Below, piece by piece: positions 20,491-37,216 of a DNA stretch of 64,000 nt. Source of the stretch: an uncultured Acidobacteriaceae bacterium. GTDB lineage: Bacteria > Acidobacteriota > Terriglobia > Terriglobales > Acidobacteriaceae. Every line of letters begins with the position of its first letter. Positions within the stretch are counted from its first letter, which is position 1. The notes beneath the pieces are model-generated. The model had not been told where the DNA came from, did no database searches, and saw only the letters and a list, made by a program, of their open reading frames with translations. The translations under genes were made by a program, and so were the position numbers. The DNA is taken from contig CAVTTW010000017.1 in the NCBI GenBank assembly GCA_963737665.1, positions 161,759 through 225,758 of the forward strand, in the 5' to 3' direction.

Positions 20491-22839
20491 TCAATGCGAA
20501 GGTTGATCCGATAACGATGACCCGCCATACGCGGGGATTCCGCCCGGGGCAACGTGATCTTCAAGATAACGGGCGATCAGGCTGTGCAGGTGGAATGAGG
20601 TTCCCGGGCCTTCGGAGATGGCGTGCGTGCGATTGGGGTAGTCCATGAAGTCGAAAGGCTTGCCCGCGGCCACCAGCTTGTTGATGAGCAGTTCCGTCCC
20701 CTGGAAGTGAACATTATCGTCACCAGAGCCGTGCACGACCAGCAGGTGACCGGTAAGCTGCTGGGCGAAGTTGATCGGCGAACCGTCGTGGTACCCCTGC
20801 TTGTTGTCCTGGGGCAGGTTCATGTAGCGCTCCTGGTAGATGGTGTCGTAGTGGGTTTCGTCGGCCACGGGAGCGACGGCAATGCCCGTTGCGTAGACGC
20901 CGGGATAGCGGAACATGACGTTGAGGGTGTTGGAACCGCCGCCGCTCCAGCCCCAGATGGCCATGCGTGCGGTGTCGATGTAGGTGCGTTCGCGGGCCAG
21001 TTGCTGGATGGCCTGGGACTGCTGCGCCGAAGACAGCACGCCGATCGAGCCATAGACGCATTTGCGCCACTCGCGGCCCCGCGGTGCGGGAGTTCCCTGA
21101 TTATCGAAGCTGACGACGAGATAGCCCTGCTGCGCGATGAGTCCATGGAAGAGGCCGCGCGCCCCGCCCCATCCGTCGCGCACCGTGGCTCCGGCCGGTT
21201 CGCCGTAGACGTAGGTCAGGACGGGGTATTTCTTTCCCGGATCAAAGCCGGGGGGCTTGATCATCCACCCGTCAAGAGTGAGGCCGTTGTCCACCTTGAC
21301 GTGGAAGAATTCGGGCGGAACCGAGAGGATGGGCTGGGCCCTGGCGGCGAGTTCATGATTGTCGACCAGGGTGCGGATGGGATCGTGCCCGGGCAGGCTG
21401 ACAATCTCAAAACGCGGCGGATGAATGAAGGTGCTGTAGACATGCACCGCCCAGCGGCCGTTGGGGGCGAAGTTATAGGCGTTGGTGCCGGCTTGATCCG
21501 GCGGGGTGACGCGCTCCGGAGCGCCCTGGCCATCGAGGCGGGCGCGATACAGATACTGGCGCACGGGATCGTCGGGGGAGGCGCTGAAGTAGAGCCAGCC
21601 CGACCCGGTGTCGGTGCCGTCAACGGAGATAACGTCGGCGGCGAAGTCGGTGAGCAGCCGCGGCTGGCCGGTGGCGCGGTCAATGCGCCACGCATGACGC
21701 CACCCGTCGCGTTCGCTGATCCAGAGCAGATCGGGATCCCGGCCGGCTCCGTGAATCCAAACCAGAGGAGAGATATCGACCCAGGCCTTATCGGAATCTT
21801 CAAAGAAGAGCCGGGTCTGCCCGCTGCGGGCATCGGCGAGCATGAGGCGGTTGTGCTTCTGGGGACGATCGAGGTATTCGAGGAGGACCTGGCTGGAGTT
21901 TCCGGCCCACTCCATCTGTGCAATATAGTGCTGGCGGGGGTCGCCCTCCAGGCTGATCCAGCGGGTGGGGCCGCCGGAAGCGGGAACGATGCCTGCGCGC
22001 ACCGACGAGTTGATGGTGCCCGGTTGCGGATAGTGGTACACCATGGTCTGCGGATATTCGCCGGCGGTGTCGTTGATGAGAGTGAACTCGCCGACGCCGG
22101 ACTGGTTGAACTGCCAGTAGGCGATGGACTGGCTGTCGGGGCTCCAGCGAAAGCAATTGCGCAAATCGAGTTCTTCTTCCGAGACCCAGTCGGAGGTGCC
22201 GTTGATGATGTCAGAGGAGCCGTCTCTGGTGAGCTGGGTGATGTGGCCGGTGGCGAGTTCCTCAGCGTAGAGGTTGTTTTCGCGGACATAGGCTACGCGG
22301 GTGCTGTCGGGAGAGAAGGTGGCGAACATGAGAGAGGATTCGGGCGCCCCGGCGCCGAGCTGGGTCAGCTTTGCGGCGGCCTCGTCGAAGACCCAGTAGT
22401 CGCCACGGGTGTTCTCCCGCCATACCTTCTTCGAATTGGTGAAGATGAGGAGCTTCCTGCGATTGTCGGACCAGGAGTAGCCGTCGATCGAGAGCGGCGC
22501 CTTTGCCGCCGGGGGCGTGAGCTGCGCGGCGGAGACGAGCACGGTGCGCTTGCCGGAAGCCGTGCCGTATCCGACGATGTCGGTCCCTTTTCCCCCCGGG
22601 GCGGGCTCAAGAATGGTGTAGAGGTCGCCGCCCTGCTGCCAGGCAAGTTGTACCGACCGGACTGCGTAGTCCGGGGTGTTGAAGAGGGCGTTGAGCTGCT
22701 GGGACAGGCGTTGAGCCACAGCTGGAACGTTTTGAGGGGGCGCCGGCTGGGCGGTGGCGGGGAGACGGGAGCAGAGCAGGGTCAGAAGGGCGCAGACGGG
22801 GACAAACCCTGATAGGGGCGCAAAGTGGGATTTGGGCAC
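20491..22839 (-). CDS. S9B dipeptidyl-peptidase IV family peptidase
   Basis: DWVSEEE, GWSGGG nucleophile motif, HGSGDDNVH, YPNRTH; signal peptide. Confidence 0.93.
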   Translation of the reverse strand: MPKSHFAPLSGFVPVCALLTLLCSRLPATAQPAPPQNVPAVAQRLSQQLNALFNTPDYAVRSVQLAWQQGGDLYTILEPAPGGKGTDIVGYGTASGKRTVLVSAAQLTPPAAKAPLSIDGYSWSDNRRKLLIFTNSKKVWRENTRGDYWVFDEAAAKLTQLGAGAPESSLMFATFSPDSTRVAYVRENNLYAEELATGHITQLTRDGSSDIINGTSDWVSEEELDLRNCFRWSPDSQSIAYWQFNQSGVGEFTLINDTAGEYPQTMVYHYPQPGTINSSVRAGIVPASGGPTRWISLEGDPRQHYIAQMEWAGNSSQVLLEYLDRPQKHNRLMLADARSGQTRLFFEDSDKAWVDISPLVWIHGAGRDPDLLWISERDGWRHAWRIDRATGQPRLLTDFAADVISVDGTDTGSGWLYFSASPDDPVRQYLYRARLDGQGAPERVTPPDQAGTNAYNFAPNGRWAVHVYSTFIHPPRFEIVSLPGHDPIRTLVDNHELAARAQPILSVPPEFFHVKVDNGLTLDGWMIKPPGFDPGKKYPVLTYVYGEPAGATVRDGWGGARGLFHGLIAQQGYLVVSFDNQGTPAPRGREWRKCVYGSIGVLSSAQQSQAIQQLARERTYIDTARMAIWGWSGGGSNTLNVMFRYPGVYATGIAVAPVADETHYDTIYQERYMNLPQDNKQGYHDGSPINFAQQLTGHLLVVHGSGDDNVHFQGTELLINKLVAAGKPFDFMDYPNRTHAISEGPGTSFHLHSLIARYLEDHVAPGGIPAYGGSSLSDQPSH

Positions 22840-23047
22840 GAGGGGAAACCTCCAGAACGCGGCTCGCAGGCCGTAACAACATCACCTGGTGTGTGCCCCA
22901 AGATTATAAGCACAGGCAGTTTGGCGACTATTTGTGATGGCTCGCGTGGAGGGAAAAGAATTGGCCGGCACCACGCCAGGTGGTAATTGCCAGATTGAGG
23001 TGCAAGGGGTAGTATTCCTGCTGAAATCGTTTCCAAAGGATGGCGAG

Positions 23048-24257
23048 ATGCGTGTTTCCGCTTCGATGTTCCTCACAGTTCTGGCCCTGGCGGCCGTCGG
23101 TATTCCGTTAAACACTCGTGCGCAGTCTTCGGGCGCGGTGGCACAGACGCCGCCCATGGGCTGGAACAGCTGGAACTACTTTGCCGAAAAGGTCGATGAC
23201 AAGGGTGTGCGCGCGGCGGCAGACCAGCTCGTGGCCACAGGCATGAAAGACGCCGGCTACATCTACGTGAACATCGACGACACGTGGCAAGGCAAGCGCG
23301 ACGCCAGTGGAGTGCTGCATCCCAATGAAAAGTTTCCGGACATGAAGGCGCTGGCCGACTATGTGCACTCCAAGGGCCTGAAGCTGGGCATCTATTCGGG
23401 GCCGGGGCCGCAGACGTGCGCGCGCTATGAAGGTTCGCTGGGGCATGAAGAGCAGGACGCGAAGATGTACGCGGACTGGGGCATCGATTATCTGAAGTAC
23501 GATCTGTGCAGCTTTCGCGAGGCGGTGATGGCCAAGCAGTCGCCCAACGACAAGGCGGCGCAGATGAAGATGATGATCGCGGCCTACGAGAAGATGGGCA
23601 AGGCGCTTAAGGCGACCGGCCGGCCGATCGTCTATTCGCTCTGCCAGTATGGGTGGGACGCGGTGTGGGAGTGGGCTCCGGAGCTGGGCGGCAACCTGTG
23701 GCGCACGACCGGCGACATTCAACCCCGCTGGCAGTCGATCTATGACATTCTGAGCCAGCAGGAGGGTCTCGAGGCGTATGCAGGCCCGGGGCACTGGAAT
23801 GACCCGGACATGCTCGAGGTGGGCAACGGCAAGCTGACGCTGGCCGAAAACCGCGCGCATTTTTCCATGTGGGCAATGCTGGCCGCTCCGCTGCTGGCGG
23901 GCAACGACTTGCCCAATATGAAGCCGGAGGTCAAGGCCATCCTGACCAACAAGGACGTGATCGCGATCAACCAGGACGCGATGGGCAAGCAGGGACGCCG
24001 CGTCTACAGCGACGGCGAGGTCGACGTGTGGGAGCGGGACCTGTCGGGCGGCGCCAAAGCCGTTGCGGTGCTGAACGCGGGAAGCGACCGAGTCTCGACG
24101 CATCCCTTCCATTTGAACCTGGGCAAGCTGGGGCTGCATGGCGCGCAGTCGGGCAAGGACCTGTGGACCGGCAAGAGCGGTGCAACTGAGCGATGGAATG
24201 CCGATCGAACTGGCCAGCCACGACATTCTGCTGGTGCGGATCGACGCGCCGAAATAA
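23048..24257 (+). CDS. GH27 alpha-galactosidase (melibiase); frameshift near 24180, true stop probably 24255-24257
   Basis: TPPMGWNSWN, NIDDTW, YLKYDLC, WRTTGDI and WNDPDMLEVG; the shifted tail reads VQLSDGMPIELASHDILLVRIDAPK*. Confidence 0.92.
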
Positions 24258-24265
24258 GGCTGCAA

Positions 24266-24291
24266 GGGCAGGGGGATTTTCTACCCTGCCC
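24266..24291. terminator. Hairpin between convergent genes
   Basis: GGGCAGGG...CCCTGCCC stem. Confidence 0.45.
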
Positions 24292-24296
24292 AGAAT

Positions 24297-26876
24297 TTAT
24301 TCCCCGCGCAGTGCTTCCATGGGCTCCACGCTGGCGGCACGCTGCGCCGGCAATACGGCCGCAAGCAGGGCGACCGCAGCCAGCATCGCGGTCGTTGTTC
24401 CCAGGACCAGCGGGTTCCATACCTGGACCCCGTAGAGCTCAGCGGTCATGAGGTAGCCGGCGGCAATGGCCGCCGGCAGGCCGATGAGCAGCCCGAGGCC
24501 CACCTGCAGAAAGGCGCCGCGCAGCACCATTGCGCTCACGTGGGTGCGATTCGCTCCAAGGGCCATGCGAATGCCGATTTCGGTGGTGCGCTGCGCGACG
24601 GCATATGCGGTGACCCCATAGAGCCCGATGGCCGCCAGCGCCAGCGCGATCAATCCAAAGAGCGAAGTCAACTGCACGATCATTTGCTGCTGGCTGAAGC
24701 CGAGATTCACCTGCCGGTCGAAGCTCTGGAACCGGGTGATCATGAGATTGGAATTGATTTGCTGCAGAGCGTCGCGTACCCGCCGTTCGAGGTCCGGCAC
24801 AGTGCCGTGGGTTTCCAGCTCCAGGGAATCCATGTAATGCGTGTCGATAAGGAATTCCTGATAAAGAGAGGCCTTCGGCGTCGAGGCTGGCACTTGCGCC
24901 CACTGCCACGCGGGCAGGAAGTACATGGGGTGACCATCCTCCTGCAAATCGTCGGGTGTCCAATACTGCGCGTCTTCGACGACGCCGACGATGGTGTACA
25001 AGCCGGCGGTTGACTCGTCCCAGTCGCCGAAGTGGGCCCCGATGGGGTTCTGGCCGTGGAGATACTTTTTGACGAAGGCTTCATCCACGATCGCGACATT
25101 GGCGGAGGTGCGGTTATCGCTGTTAGAAAAGGCGCGGCCCTGCAGCAGCTTCGTTCCGATGGTCGTGAAATAGTCGGGGCTGATGCGAACCCACGAAGCC
25201 AGATTCACGTTGGAACCGGGTGGCGGGGCGGGCTGCCCCTGGATGTAGACGTCTTCGCTGCGGTTGTTGCCGTCCATCGGGCTCCAGCCAGACCATGCGA
25301 CGTGCGAGACCCCGGGAATCGCCGAGAGCGATTCGTTGAGGCGCCGATAAAAGCTGTCGAGTTCTTCCGGCCGAATGCCTGCGTTCTCTGCGTTGAACTG
25401 GATAATTGTGCGGTTGGCCGGGTCGAAGCCGAAGTGCTGGTGCTCCAGCTTCTGCAGGCTGAGGATGAGGAATCCGGCGGAAGAGAGCAACACCACGGAA
25501 ATCGCTGCCTGGGCGATGACCAGGGACTTCTGCGCCAAGGTGGCGTGACGGCCGGTGGAGCGATTGGCGCCGCGCAGGGCTTCGATCGGATCGGCGTGCG
25601 CGGCGAGCCATGCCGGCGCGACTCCAAACAACAGGCCGGTCAGCAGCGAAGAGGCGAATGCAAAGGCCATTACAAGGAACGACGGGCTGGCGGTGATGCT
25701 GATGGGGTCGTGCTGGAAGGCGAGTAAAATGATGAGCCTGGCTCCGCCCCAGGCGACGAGGATGCCGGCCAGGCCGCCAAAAATGGCCAGCACCAGGCAT
25801 TCGATCAGGGCGCGCTGCACCAGCCGGCTGCGCGAAGCGCCGAGCGCGGTGCGCACCGCCATCTGCTGACGCTTCGTTGCCGAGCGCGCCAGCATGAGGT
25901 TGGCCAGATTCGCGCAGGCGATGAGCAGGACGAAGCTGGCGATCCACATGAGCAGGTGCAGGTCAGATTTGTACTGCTCCTGCATGCGCTGCACACCGCC
26001 GCCGCCGGGAGTCAGGCGAAGGTATTGCTTCGGTATGAGGGCGCGTTCGGGGCCGACGATTTCACCCAGCGGGCTTTCCAGGAATTGCCGCAGCTCCACC
26101 TGCATCTGTGCCTGGATGGCAGCGAGGTTGGCGCCTGGCGCACTGCGGCCGATCAGGTTAAGCCATTGCTGGCCGCCGCGCTCGAGCAGGTCCGTGTCGA
26201 CGGGCCGGATGACCGGCAGCATTTGAATGGGAAGCCACAAGGCGGGCGGCGTCGGACTCAGGCGCTCGCTGAAGAATCCAGGCGGAGCGATGCCGACGAT
26301 GGTGACCGGCTGGCCGTTGATGGTCAGGCTGGAGCCGATGGCGGAGGGAGCGCGTCCGAGTTGCTGCTCCCAGGCCTGAAAGCTGAGGACGGCCACCGGC
26401 GCAGCTCCTTTGACGTCGTCGGAGGGCTGCAACAGGCGTCCGGCATAGGGGCGCAGGCCGAGGGTTGTGAAGGAGTTGCCGGAGACAAATTCGCCATACC
26501 ACGGTCGCGCCGGCTCGCCGCTATCGGTGCGCCGCACTGCCATCTGGTGGTCTGTGGCTTCAAAGGCGGCGAGACTGGAAAAGCCGGGCGTGTGGTCACG
26601 GAACTGCTGGTATTGCCGGTAAGAAAAGAGCGACCAGTCATATACCGGCTCTTGGTAGTCGGGCAGGCCGCCGTTCTGGCAGCACTGTTCGTTGTCACCC
26701 ACGCGGACCAAGGTCGATGGATCGTGGACCGGCAGGGATCGCAGAAGCACGGCATGAACCAGCGTGAAGATAGCCGTCGTGGCGCCGATGCCGAGCGCAA
26801 GGGTAAGGATCGCAGTCACGGCGAAGCCGGGGGAACGGCGTAGTTGCCGCAGTGCATATTTCAGATCAGCCAGCAA
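24297..26876 (-). CDS. ADOP/MacB-like duplicated ABC transporter permease
   Basis: DLKYALRQLRRSPGF..LALGIGATTAIF, LLIACANLANL and EIGIRMALGA; probable TTG start at 26876 behind GAGGAGG. Confidence 0.9.
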   Translation of the reverse strand: MLADLKYALRQLRRSPGFAVTAILTLALGIGATTAIFTLVHAVLLRSLPVHDPSTLVRVGDNEQCCQNGGLPDYQEPVYDWSLFSYRQYQQFRDHTPGFSSLAAFEATDHQMAVRRTDSGEPARPWYGEFVSGNSFTTLGLRPYAGRLLQPSDDVKGAAPVAVLSFQAWEQQLGRAPSAIGSSLTINGQPVTIVGIAPPGFFSERLSPTPPALWLPIQMLPVIRPVDTDLLERGGQQWLNLIGRSAPGANLAAIQAQMQVELRQFLESPLGEIVGPERALIPKQYLRLTPGGGGVQRMQEQYKSDLHLLMWIASFVLLIACANLANLMLARSATKRQQMAVRTALGASRSRLVQRALIECLVLAIFGGLAGILVAWGGARLIILLAFQHDPISITASPSFLVMAFAFASSLLTGLLFGVAPAWLAAHADPIEALRGANRSTGRHATLAQKSLVIAQAAISVVLLSSAGFLILSLQKLEHQHFGFDPANRTIIQFNAENAGIRPEELDSFYRRLNESLSAIPGVSHVAWSGWSPMDGNNRSEDVYIQGQPAPPPGSNVNLASWVRISPDYFTTIGTKLLQGRAFSNSDNRTSANVAIVDEAFVKKYLHGQNPIGAHFGDWDESTAGLYTIVGVVEDAQYWTPDDLQEDGHPMYFLPAWQWAQVPASTPKASLYQEFLIDTHYMDSLELETHGTVPDLERRVRDALQQINSNLMITRFQSFDRQVNLGFSQQQMIVQLTSLFGLIALALAAIGLYGVTAYAVAQRTTEIGIRMALGANRTHVSAMVLRGAFLQVGLGLLIGLPAAIAAGYLMTAELYGVQVWNPLVLGTTTAMLAAVALLAAVLPAQRAASVEPMEALRGE

Positions 26877-27147
26877 GAATTCCTCCTCGAGGACGCGGGG
26901 GCGATCGTCCGCGCGGTTCTTCTGTATCGATGCATTTGGCATGCCACAGGGGGGCTGGCTCATCTGCCTGAAAAGTAAAGGCCGTTGCGGAGGGATTGGT
27001 CGGCCGCCCCGTTCAGCGGGCACTTACACTGTCCGAATTCGGACAACGGTCCACCCCGAGGAGCGGCCCGGTGAGAGGCCGCATCCCCTTCAGCCCGTCA
27101 GGGCACGGCGACATGCGCCTCGGGAGTGAATTCTCGCGGTGATCCTT

Positions 27148-27179
27148 TGAACCAAACGGCGCGTGAACCAAACGGCGCG
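27148..27179. repeat. Perfect 16-bp tandem duplication
   Basis: TGAACCAAACGGCGCG occurs twice in tandem. Confidence 0.8.
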
Positions 27180-27198
27180 AAGTGTCCCTTGGTCGCGA

Positions 27199-30672
<3,474 letters not shown>

Positions 30673-30798
30673 CGATCCTCCATGACGGTGGTGGGATTGG
30701 ATTTGCCTTGATACCGAGGCGGAAAGTGAATGCCACTGTATGCTACGCCGGGGGCGCGTCGATGGTTCGGGAATTTTTACCCAGACGGCAGAGGATGC

Positions 30799-31233
30799 TT
30801 ACTTGCGGCGGGCGCGCCAGAAGGAGCTGGCGCTTAGGTAGAGGAATACCAGCCCTAATGCCGCGGCGATCAGGAACCTCTGGTGGTCGGGGCCGTGCAG
30901 GAAGCTAGCGCGGGAACGCCAGGCATTCTGCCCGAATACCAGGACGAACAGAAAGAAGAAAACCCCGACGACTTCGAGGAAGAGGATACCGCCGAGGCGG
31001 TGGAAGGGACGGACGAAGCCGCCGAGACCGCGGCCGAGGTTGCTGACGACACGCCCGGCCTTGCGGCCATCGGCCCGGGTGACGATGGGACCGCGGGTCC
31101 CGGATACGATGACGGGCTGAGCCGCGGGTCCGGGGGGGTTGGCCTGGGCGCTGGCCGTCAGCCGCTGGCCGGCAACGCGGCCGGCTACACGCATCCCGAT
31201 GCCCAAGGCCCGACCGATTTTCTGCGGTTTCAT
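30799..31233 (-). CDS. Hypothetical membrane protein
   Basis: MKPQKIGRALG start; two C-terminal TM helices. Confidence 0.6.
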   Translation of the reverse strand: MKPQKIGRALGIGMRVAGRVAGQRLTASAQANPPGPAAQPVIVSGTRGPIVTRADGRKAGRVVSNLGRGLGGFVRPFHRLGGILFLEVVGVFFFLFVLVFGQNAWRSRASFLHGPDHQRFLIAAALGLVFLYLSASSFWRARRK

Positions 31234-31389
31234 ACCAATTATGATGGTAGCAGCGATGGTTACGGGCGCGCTTTGCACAGGAATTGGTGCTGGCGCAGTT
31301 GCCCTGCAGCCGTCATGGACGTAAGGTAAATAAATCTCATGCCGCTCCCAGCGTCTCTTCGAGCGCCGGCCGCCGCCCTGGAGGTATCT

Positions 31390-31686
31390 GTGACACCCCG
31401 CCTGCGCGAACTGATTCAACAACTCGGAGAGGCCATTCACGAGTCGGTCATTGAGAGCGAACAGATCGCCGGGGTGGTGCAGGATATCCGCAAGCATGGG
31501 TTTGACGTGCTTCTTATGCTCGAAGCGACGATCGGCCTCAACGAGGTGACTGCGAAGGATGCGGCGGAAGAAGAGGCCGGCAGCGAAGAAGGGCCATTCA
31601 CGCAGAACGATCTGCACTTTCTGAAGTCGTTGCGCATCTCGATCGAGGGCGACAACGACGAGGATGTGGAAGACGGCACGGAGTAG
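31390..31686 (+). CDS. Small acidic hypothetical protein
   Basis: GTG start behind GGAGG; LLMLEATIG and FTQNDLHFLKSLRI. Confidence 0.7.
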   Translation: MTPRLRELIQQLGEAIHESVIESEQIAGVVQDIRKHGFDVLLMLEATIGLNEVTAKDAAEEEAGSEEGPFTQNDLHFLKSLRISIEGDNDEDVEDGTE

Positions 31687-31746
31687 CCGTGCGCGAGAGT
31701 TGTCGGAGCGGGCTCCGAGCGGCGCCTATGACGACCAAGCCATAAA

Positions 31747-32190
31747 ATGACAGCCGTATTTCTTGCCAGAGTCATCGTGTCCGGGATCTCCGCCGGGCAG
31801 GGCGTGATGCCCATTTTCATCGACCTCAATCGGACCCATGCGACCAATCCGCTGTGGATGGGGCATGCGCGCTTTCACCTGGTGCAACAGGTCTTTTCTT
31901 TGCTCCTTGCAGCTGTTGTGGAAGTCGGACTGCTTTGGTGGCCCGGCGGCGCCTTGGCAGCGCGTTTTTATTTGGCCGCGGGGCTGGCGGCGACTTCGCT
32001 GGCAGGGTTCCTGCTCGCAGTGCTGACACGGCGGCTGTACGGCGGCACGCTGCACGACCCCAACGGCATGAAGCCAGTGCGGATTCGAACCAGGCGCGGC
32101 GTCATTGAGGTCGACATCAATGTGCCGATCGTGGTGATTGCGGCGATGATCCTGGTCGGAGCCGTGGTGCTGTTCTGGCGCGGCGCGTGA
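31747..32190 (+). CDS. Hypothetical membrane protein (DUF6640-like)
   Basis: DLNRTHATNPLWMGHARFH motif; four hydrophobic segments. Confidence 0.6.
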   Translation: MTAVFLARVIVSGISAGQGVMPIFIDLNRTHATNPLWMGHARFHLVQQVFSLLLAAVVEVGLLWWPGGALAARFYLAAGLAATSLAGFLLAVLTRRLYGGTLHDPNGMKPVRIRTRRGVIEVDINVPIVVIAAMILVGAVVLFWRGA

Positions 32191-32257
32191 ACTGGCCACC
32201 GCCCGGATGCGTGCATTTCATTGGCCGGCTGCCGTGGACGTGGAGGATAATTCGGTC

Positions 32258-32791
32258 ATGGCGACATTGCCCAACACGGAAGAGCCCTGGACTGTCCGCG
32301 AGTATCTGCGCACCAGTTGGAGCCCCGACCGCGAGTTTGTGGATGGGCGCATCGAGGAGCGGAACTTGGGCGAGAAAGAGCACTCGATTATTCAGCGGTA
32401 TTTGACCGTTCTTTTTGCAATCAAAAGGGCGGAGTGGGGAGTCGAGGTATTTCCGGAGTTGCGCACGCAGACGCAGGCGAGGCGCTTTCGCGTCCCGGAT
32501 GTGCTGGTTACGCGGACGGGGGATAAGTTCGAGCACTACGTCACGGAGCCGCCGCTGATTGCTATCGAGATCCTGTCGCCGGAAGATACGATTCGGGCGA
32601 TGCAGGCGAAGGCGGGGGAATATCGGAGCTTCGGCGTCGAGCATATCTGGATCATCGATCCCGAACCGCGGATTGCCTACCGCTACACCGCCGCCGGGCT
32701 CGAAGAGGTGCTGGACGGCGCGCTGACCGTGCCGAAGACGCAGATCCGGTTGGTATTGAGCGAGATGTTTGCGGAACTGGACCGGGCGTAG
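32258..32791 (+). CDS. Uma2-family endonuclease
   Basis: REFVDGRIEER, FRVPDV, PLIAIEILSPED and GVEHIWIIDP. Confidence 0.9.
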   Translation: MATLPNTEEPWTVREYLRTSWSPDREFVDGRIEERNLGEKEHSIIQRYLTVLFAIKRAEWGVEVFPELRTQTQARRFRVPDVLVTRTGDKFEHYVTEPPLIAIEILSPEDTIRAMQAKAGEYRSFGVEHIWIIDPEPRIAYRYTAAGLEEVLDGALTVPKTQIRLVLSEMFAELDRA

Positions 32792-32841
32792 CGCCGGACG
32801 GCTGCGCGGCACGGGCTCCTACGGCATGCGGACCGCAGATC

Positions 32842-34719
<1,878 letters not shown>

Positions 34720-34804
34720 TACATTTCCTTTGTTTTGAGCGAGAGGCACATGGTGCCGTTTTGATTCGTTCGCAGCGCCAGGTGATCTTGGAAATCTCCC
34801 GGCG

Positions 34805-36089
34805 TCACCCCGCCAGAAACTCGGCCAGCTCGGCGCGGGGAACTTTGGTCTGGATGCCTGTAGAGAATTCCTTCACGGTAAGAATACCGGATGCGAGTTC
34901 GTCTTCGCCCAGGATGACGATGCGGCGCGCAGTCTTGTCGGCGGCATCGAAGGACTTTTTGAGGCGGAAGGAGCCTTCGCCCAGTTCGACCGCAAGGCCG
35001 GCGCGGCGGAGTTCGCGGGCGAGAGCGAGGGCGGCCGGGTTCGAGAGATTCGCCTAGCGGGGCGATGTATGCGTCCACCTTCGCTGCGGGGGAGCCGGCT
35101 CCAGGGCCTGAAGCGTCAAGACCAGCCGGTCTTCGCCCATGGCGAAGCCGATGCCGGGGGCCTTGGGTCCGCCGATGGCTTCGCTTAGTCCGTCATACCG
35201 GCCGCCGCCGAGCAGGGCATTCTGCGCGCCGAGGCCGCCGTGGGTGAACTCGAAGGTGGTGCGGGTGTAGTAGTCGAGGCCGCGCACCAGGCGGTGATTG
35301 CGGGTGTAGGGCACGCCGGCGGCGTCGAGGGCCGCGGTCACCGCGGCGAAGTGGGCCTTGGAGTCTTCGTCGAGCGAGTCGGCGATCCTGGGCAGGGCGT
35401 CGATGATGGGCTGGTCTTCGGGAACCTTGCAGTCGAGGACGCGCAGCGGGTTGGTGACGGCGCGGCGCTGGCAGTCGACGCACATCCTGGGCGCGAGCGG
35501 AACCAGGGCTTCGCGAAGAGTTTCGTTGTAGCGCGCGCGGTCGGCGGCCGATCCCACGGAGTTGATGTGGAGGGTCCAGCCGGTGATGCCGAGCTCGTCG
35601 AGCAGGGTGGCGAGCATCTCGAGGACTTCGGCGTCGCGGAGGGGGCTTTCGCTGCCCGCCGAGGGAGGGCCGATGACTTCGGCGCCGATCTGCGAGAACT
35701 GGCGGTAGCGGCCCTTCTGCGGGCGCTCGCGGCGGAACTGGGGGCCAATGTAGTAGAGCTTCTGCAACTGGCCGGTTTCGCCGAGCTTGTGTTCGATGTA
35801 GGCGCGGACCACGCCGGCGGTGTTCTCAGGGCGGAGGGTGAGGGACTGGGGCTTTTCCGACTGGGCGCGGGCGCGGTCTTCCCAGGTGTACATCTCCTTG
35901 GAGACGATGTCGGTTTCTTCGCCGACGCCGCGGGCGAACAGGGCTGTGTCTTCGAAGACCGGGGTGCGGATTTCGCCGAAGTTGTAGCGGGCAAAGACGG
36001 AGCGCGCGGTGGCTTCGATGCGGTTCCAGAGGGCGGTCTCGGGCGGCAGAAGGTCGCGCGTGCCGCGGACGGCTTTCAGGGTAGGTCAT
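34805..36089 (-). CDS. hisS: Histidine--tRNA ligase; frameshifted at both ends
   Basis: LKAVRGTRD, LRPENTA, FRRERPQKGRYRQF, RGLDYY and GGGRYDGL; hisS-aspS gene order. Confidence 0.97.
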
Positions 36090-36165
36090 AGCTTATCCAG
36101 TCTAAACGGCGACCGATAGAAACCTTCCTCTGCATCCTGCGCAGGCTAACCGCATCCAAAGCGGC

Positions 36166-37192
36166 ATGGAATATCGATTTCTTGGCGGTTCGGGGTTGAA
36201 GGTGCCGGAGTTGTGCTTCGGCGTGGCGACATTTGGCGGCGGGAACGAGTTTTTCCGTTCCTGGGGCAACACCGATGTTGCCGAGGCTACGCGCCTCATC
36301 GACATCTGTTTCGAGGCCGGGGTGAACCTCTTCGATACCGCCGACGTGTACTCCGATGGGCGTTCGGAGGAGGTTCTGGGCAAGGCGCTGGCGGGCAAGC
36401 GCGACCGCGCCCTTATCTCGACCAAGACTACGTTCCGGTTTGGCGATGGCCCCAACGACGTCGGCTCATCGCGTTATCACCTGCGACGGGCTCTGGAAGG
36501 AAGTTTGCGCCGGCTGGGCACTGACTATGTCGACATCTATCATCTGCACGGCTTTGACGCGCTGACTCCGGTTGACGAGGTGCAGGACACCCTGAACACC
36601 TTTGTCCGCGAAGGCAAGGTGCGCTACATCGCGTGTTCCAATTTTTCAGGGTGGCACCTGATGAAGTCGCTCGATGTGGCGGATCGCTATGGGTGGACGC
36701 GCTTTGTAGCTCACCAGGTGTACTACTCCCTGATTGGGCGGGAATACGAGTGGGAATTGATGCCATTGGGGCTCGACCAGAAGGTCGGAGCGCTGGTGTG
36801 GAGTCCACTGGGATGGGGACGGCTGACGGGCAAGATTCGCCGCGGCCAGCCGCTGCCGGCCGAGAGCCGTCTGCACAAGACGGCGCAGTATGGGCCGCAG
36901 GTTTCAGACGAGCATCTTTATAACGTGGTGGACGCGCTGGACGCGGTCGCCGCCGAGACTGGAAAAACCGTGCCGCAGGTGGCGTTGAACTGGCTGCTGC
37001 AGCGTCCGACCATCTCCTCGATCATCCTGGGCGCACGCAACGAGGAGCAGCTACGGCAAAACCTCGGGGCGGCAGGATGGAGCCTGACCACCGGACCAGG
37101 TAGCCAGGCTGGACAAGGCCAGCGAGGTTGCGCCCGTGTATCCCTACTGGCACCAGAGGCAGTTTACGGAGCGCAATCCGCTGCCAGTGTAA
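36166..37192 (+). CDS. Aldo/keto reductase; frameshift near 37095
   Basis: FDTADVYSDG, SLRRLGTDYVD, GKVRYIACSN and WSPLGWG; the shifted tail ends YPYWHQRQFTERNPLPV*. Confidence 0.92.
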
Positions 37193-37216
37193 GGGGCGCG
37201 AATGCCTGATGTCAGG

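Noticed and set aside
20623-22812. 729-aa plus-strand ORF
   Set aside because: Antisense shadow of the S9 peptidase.
32258-32791. Uma2 nuclease as a defence system
   Set aside because: Solitary, with no methylase or other defence genes nearby; such genes are commonly scattered in these genomes.
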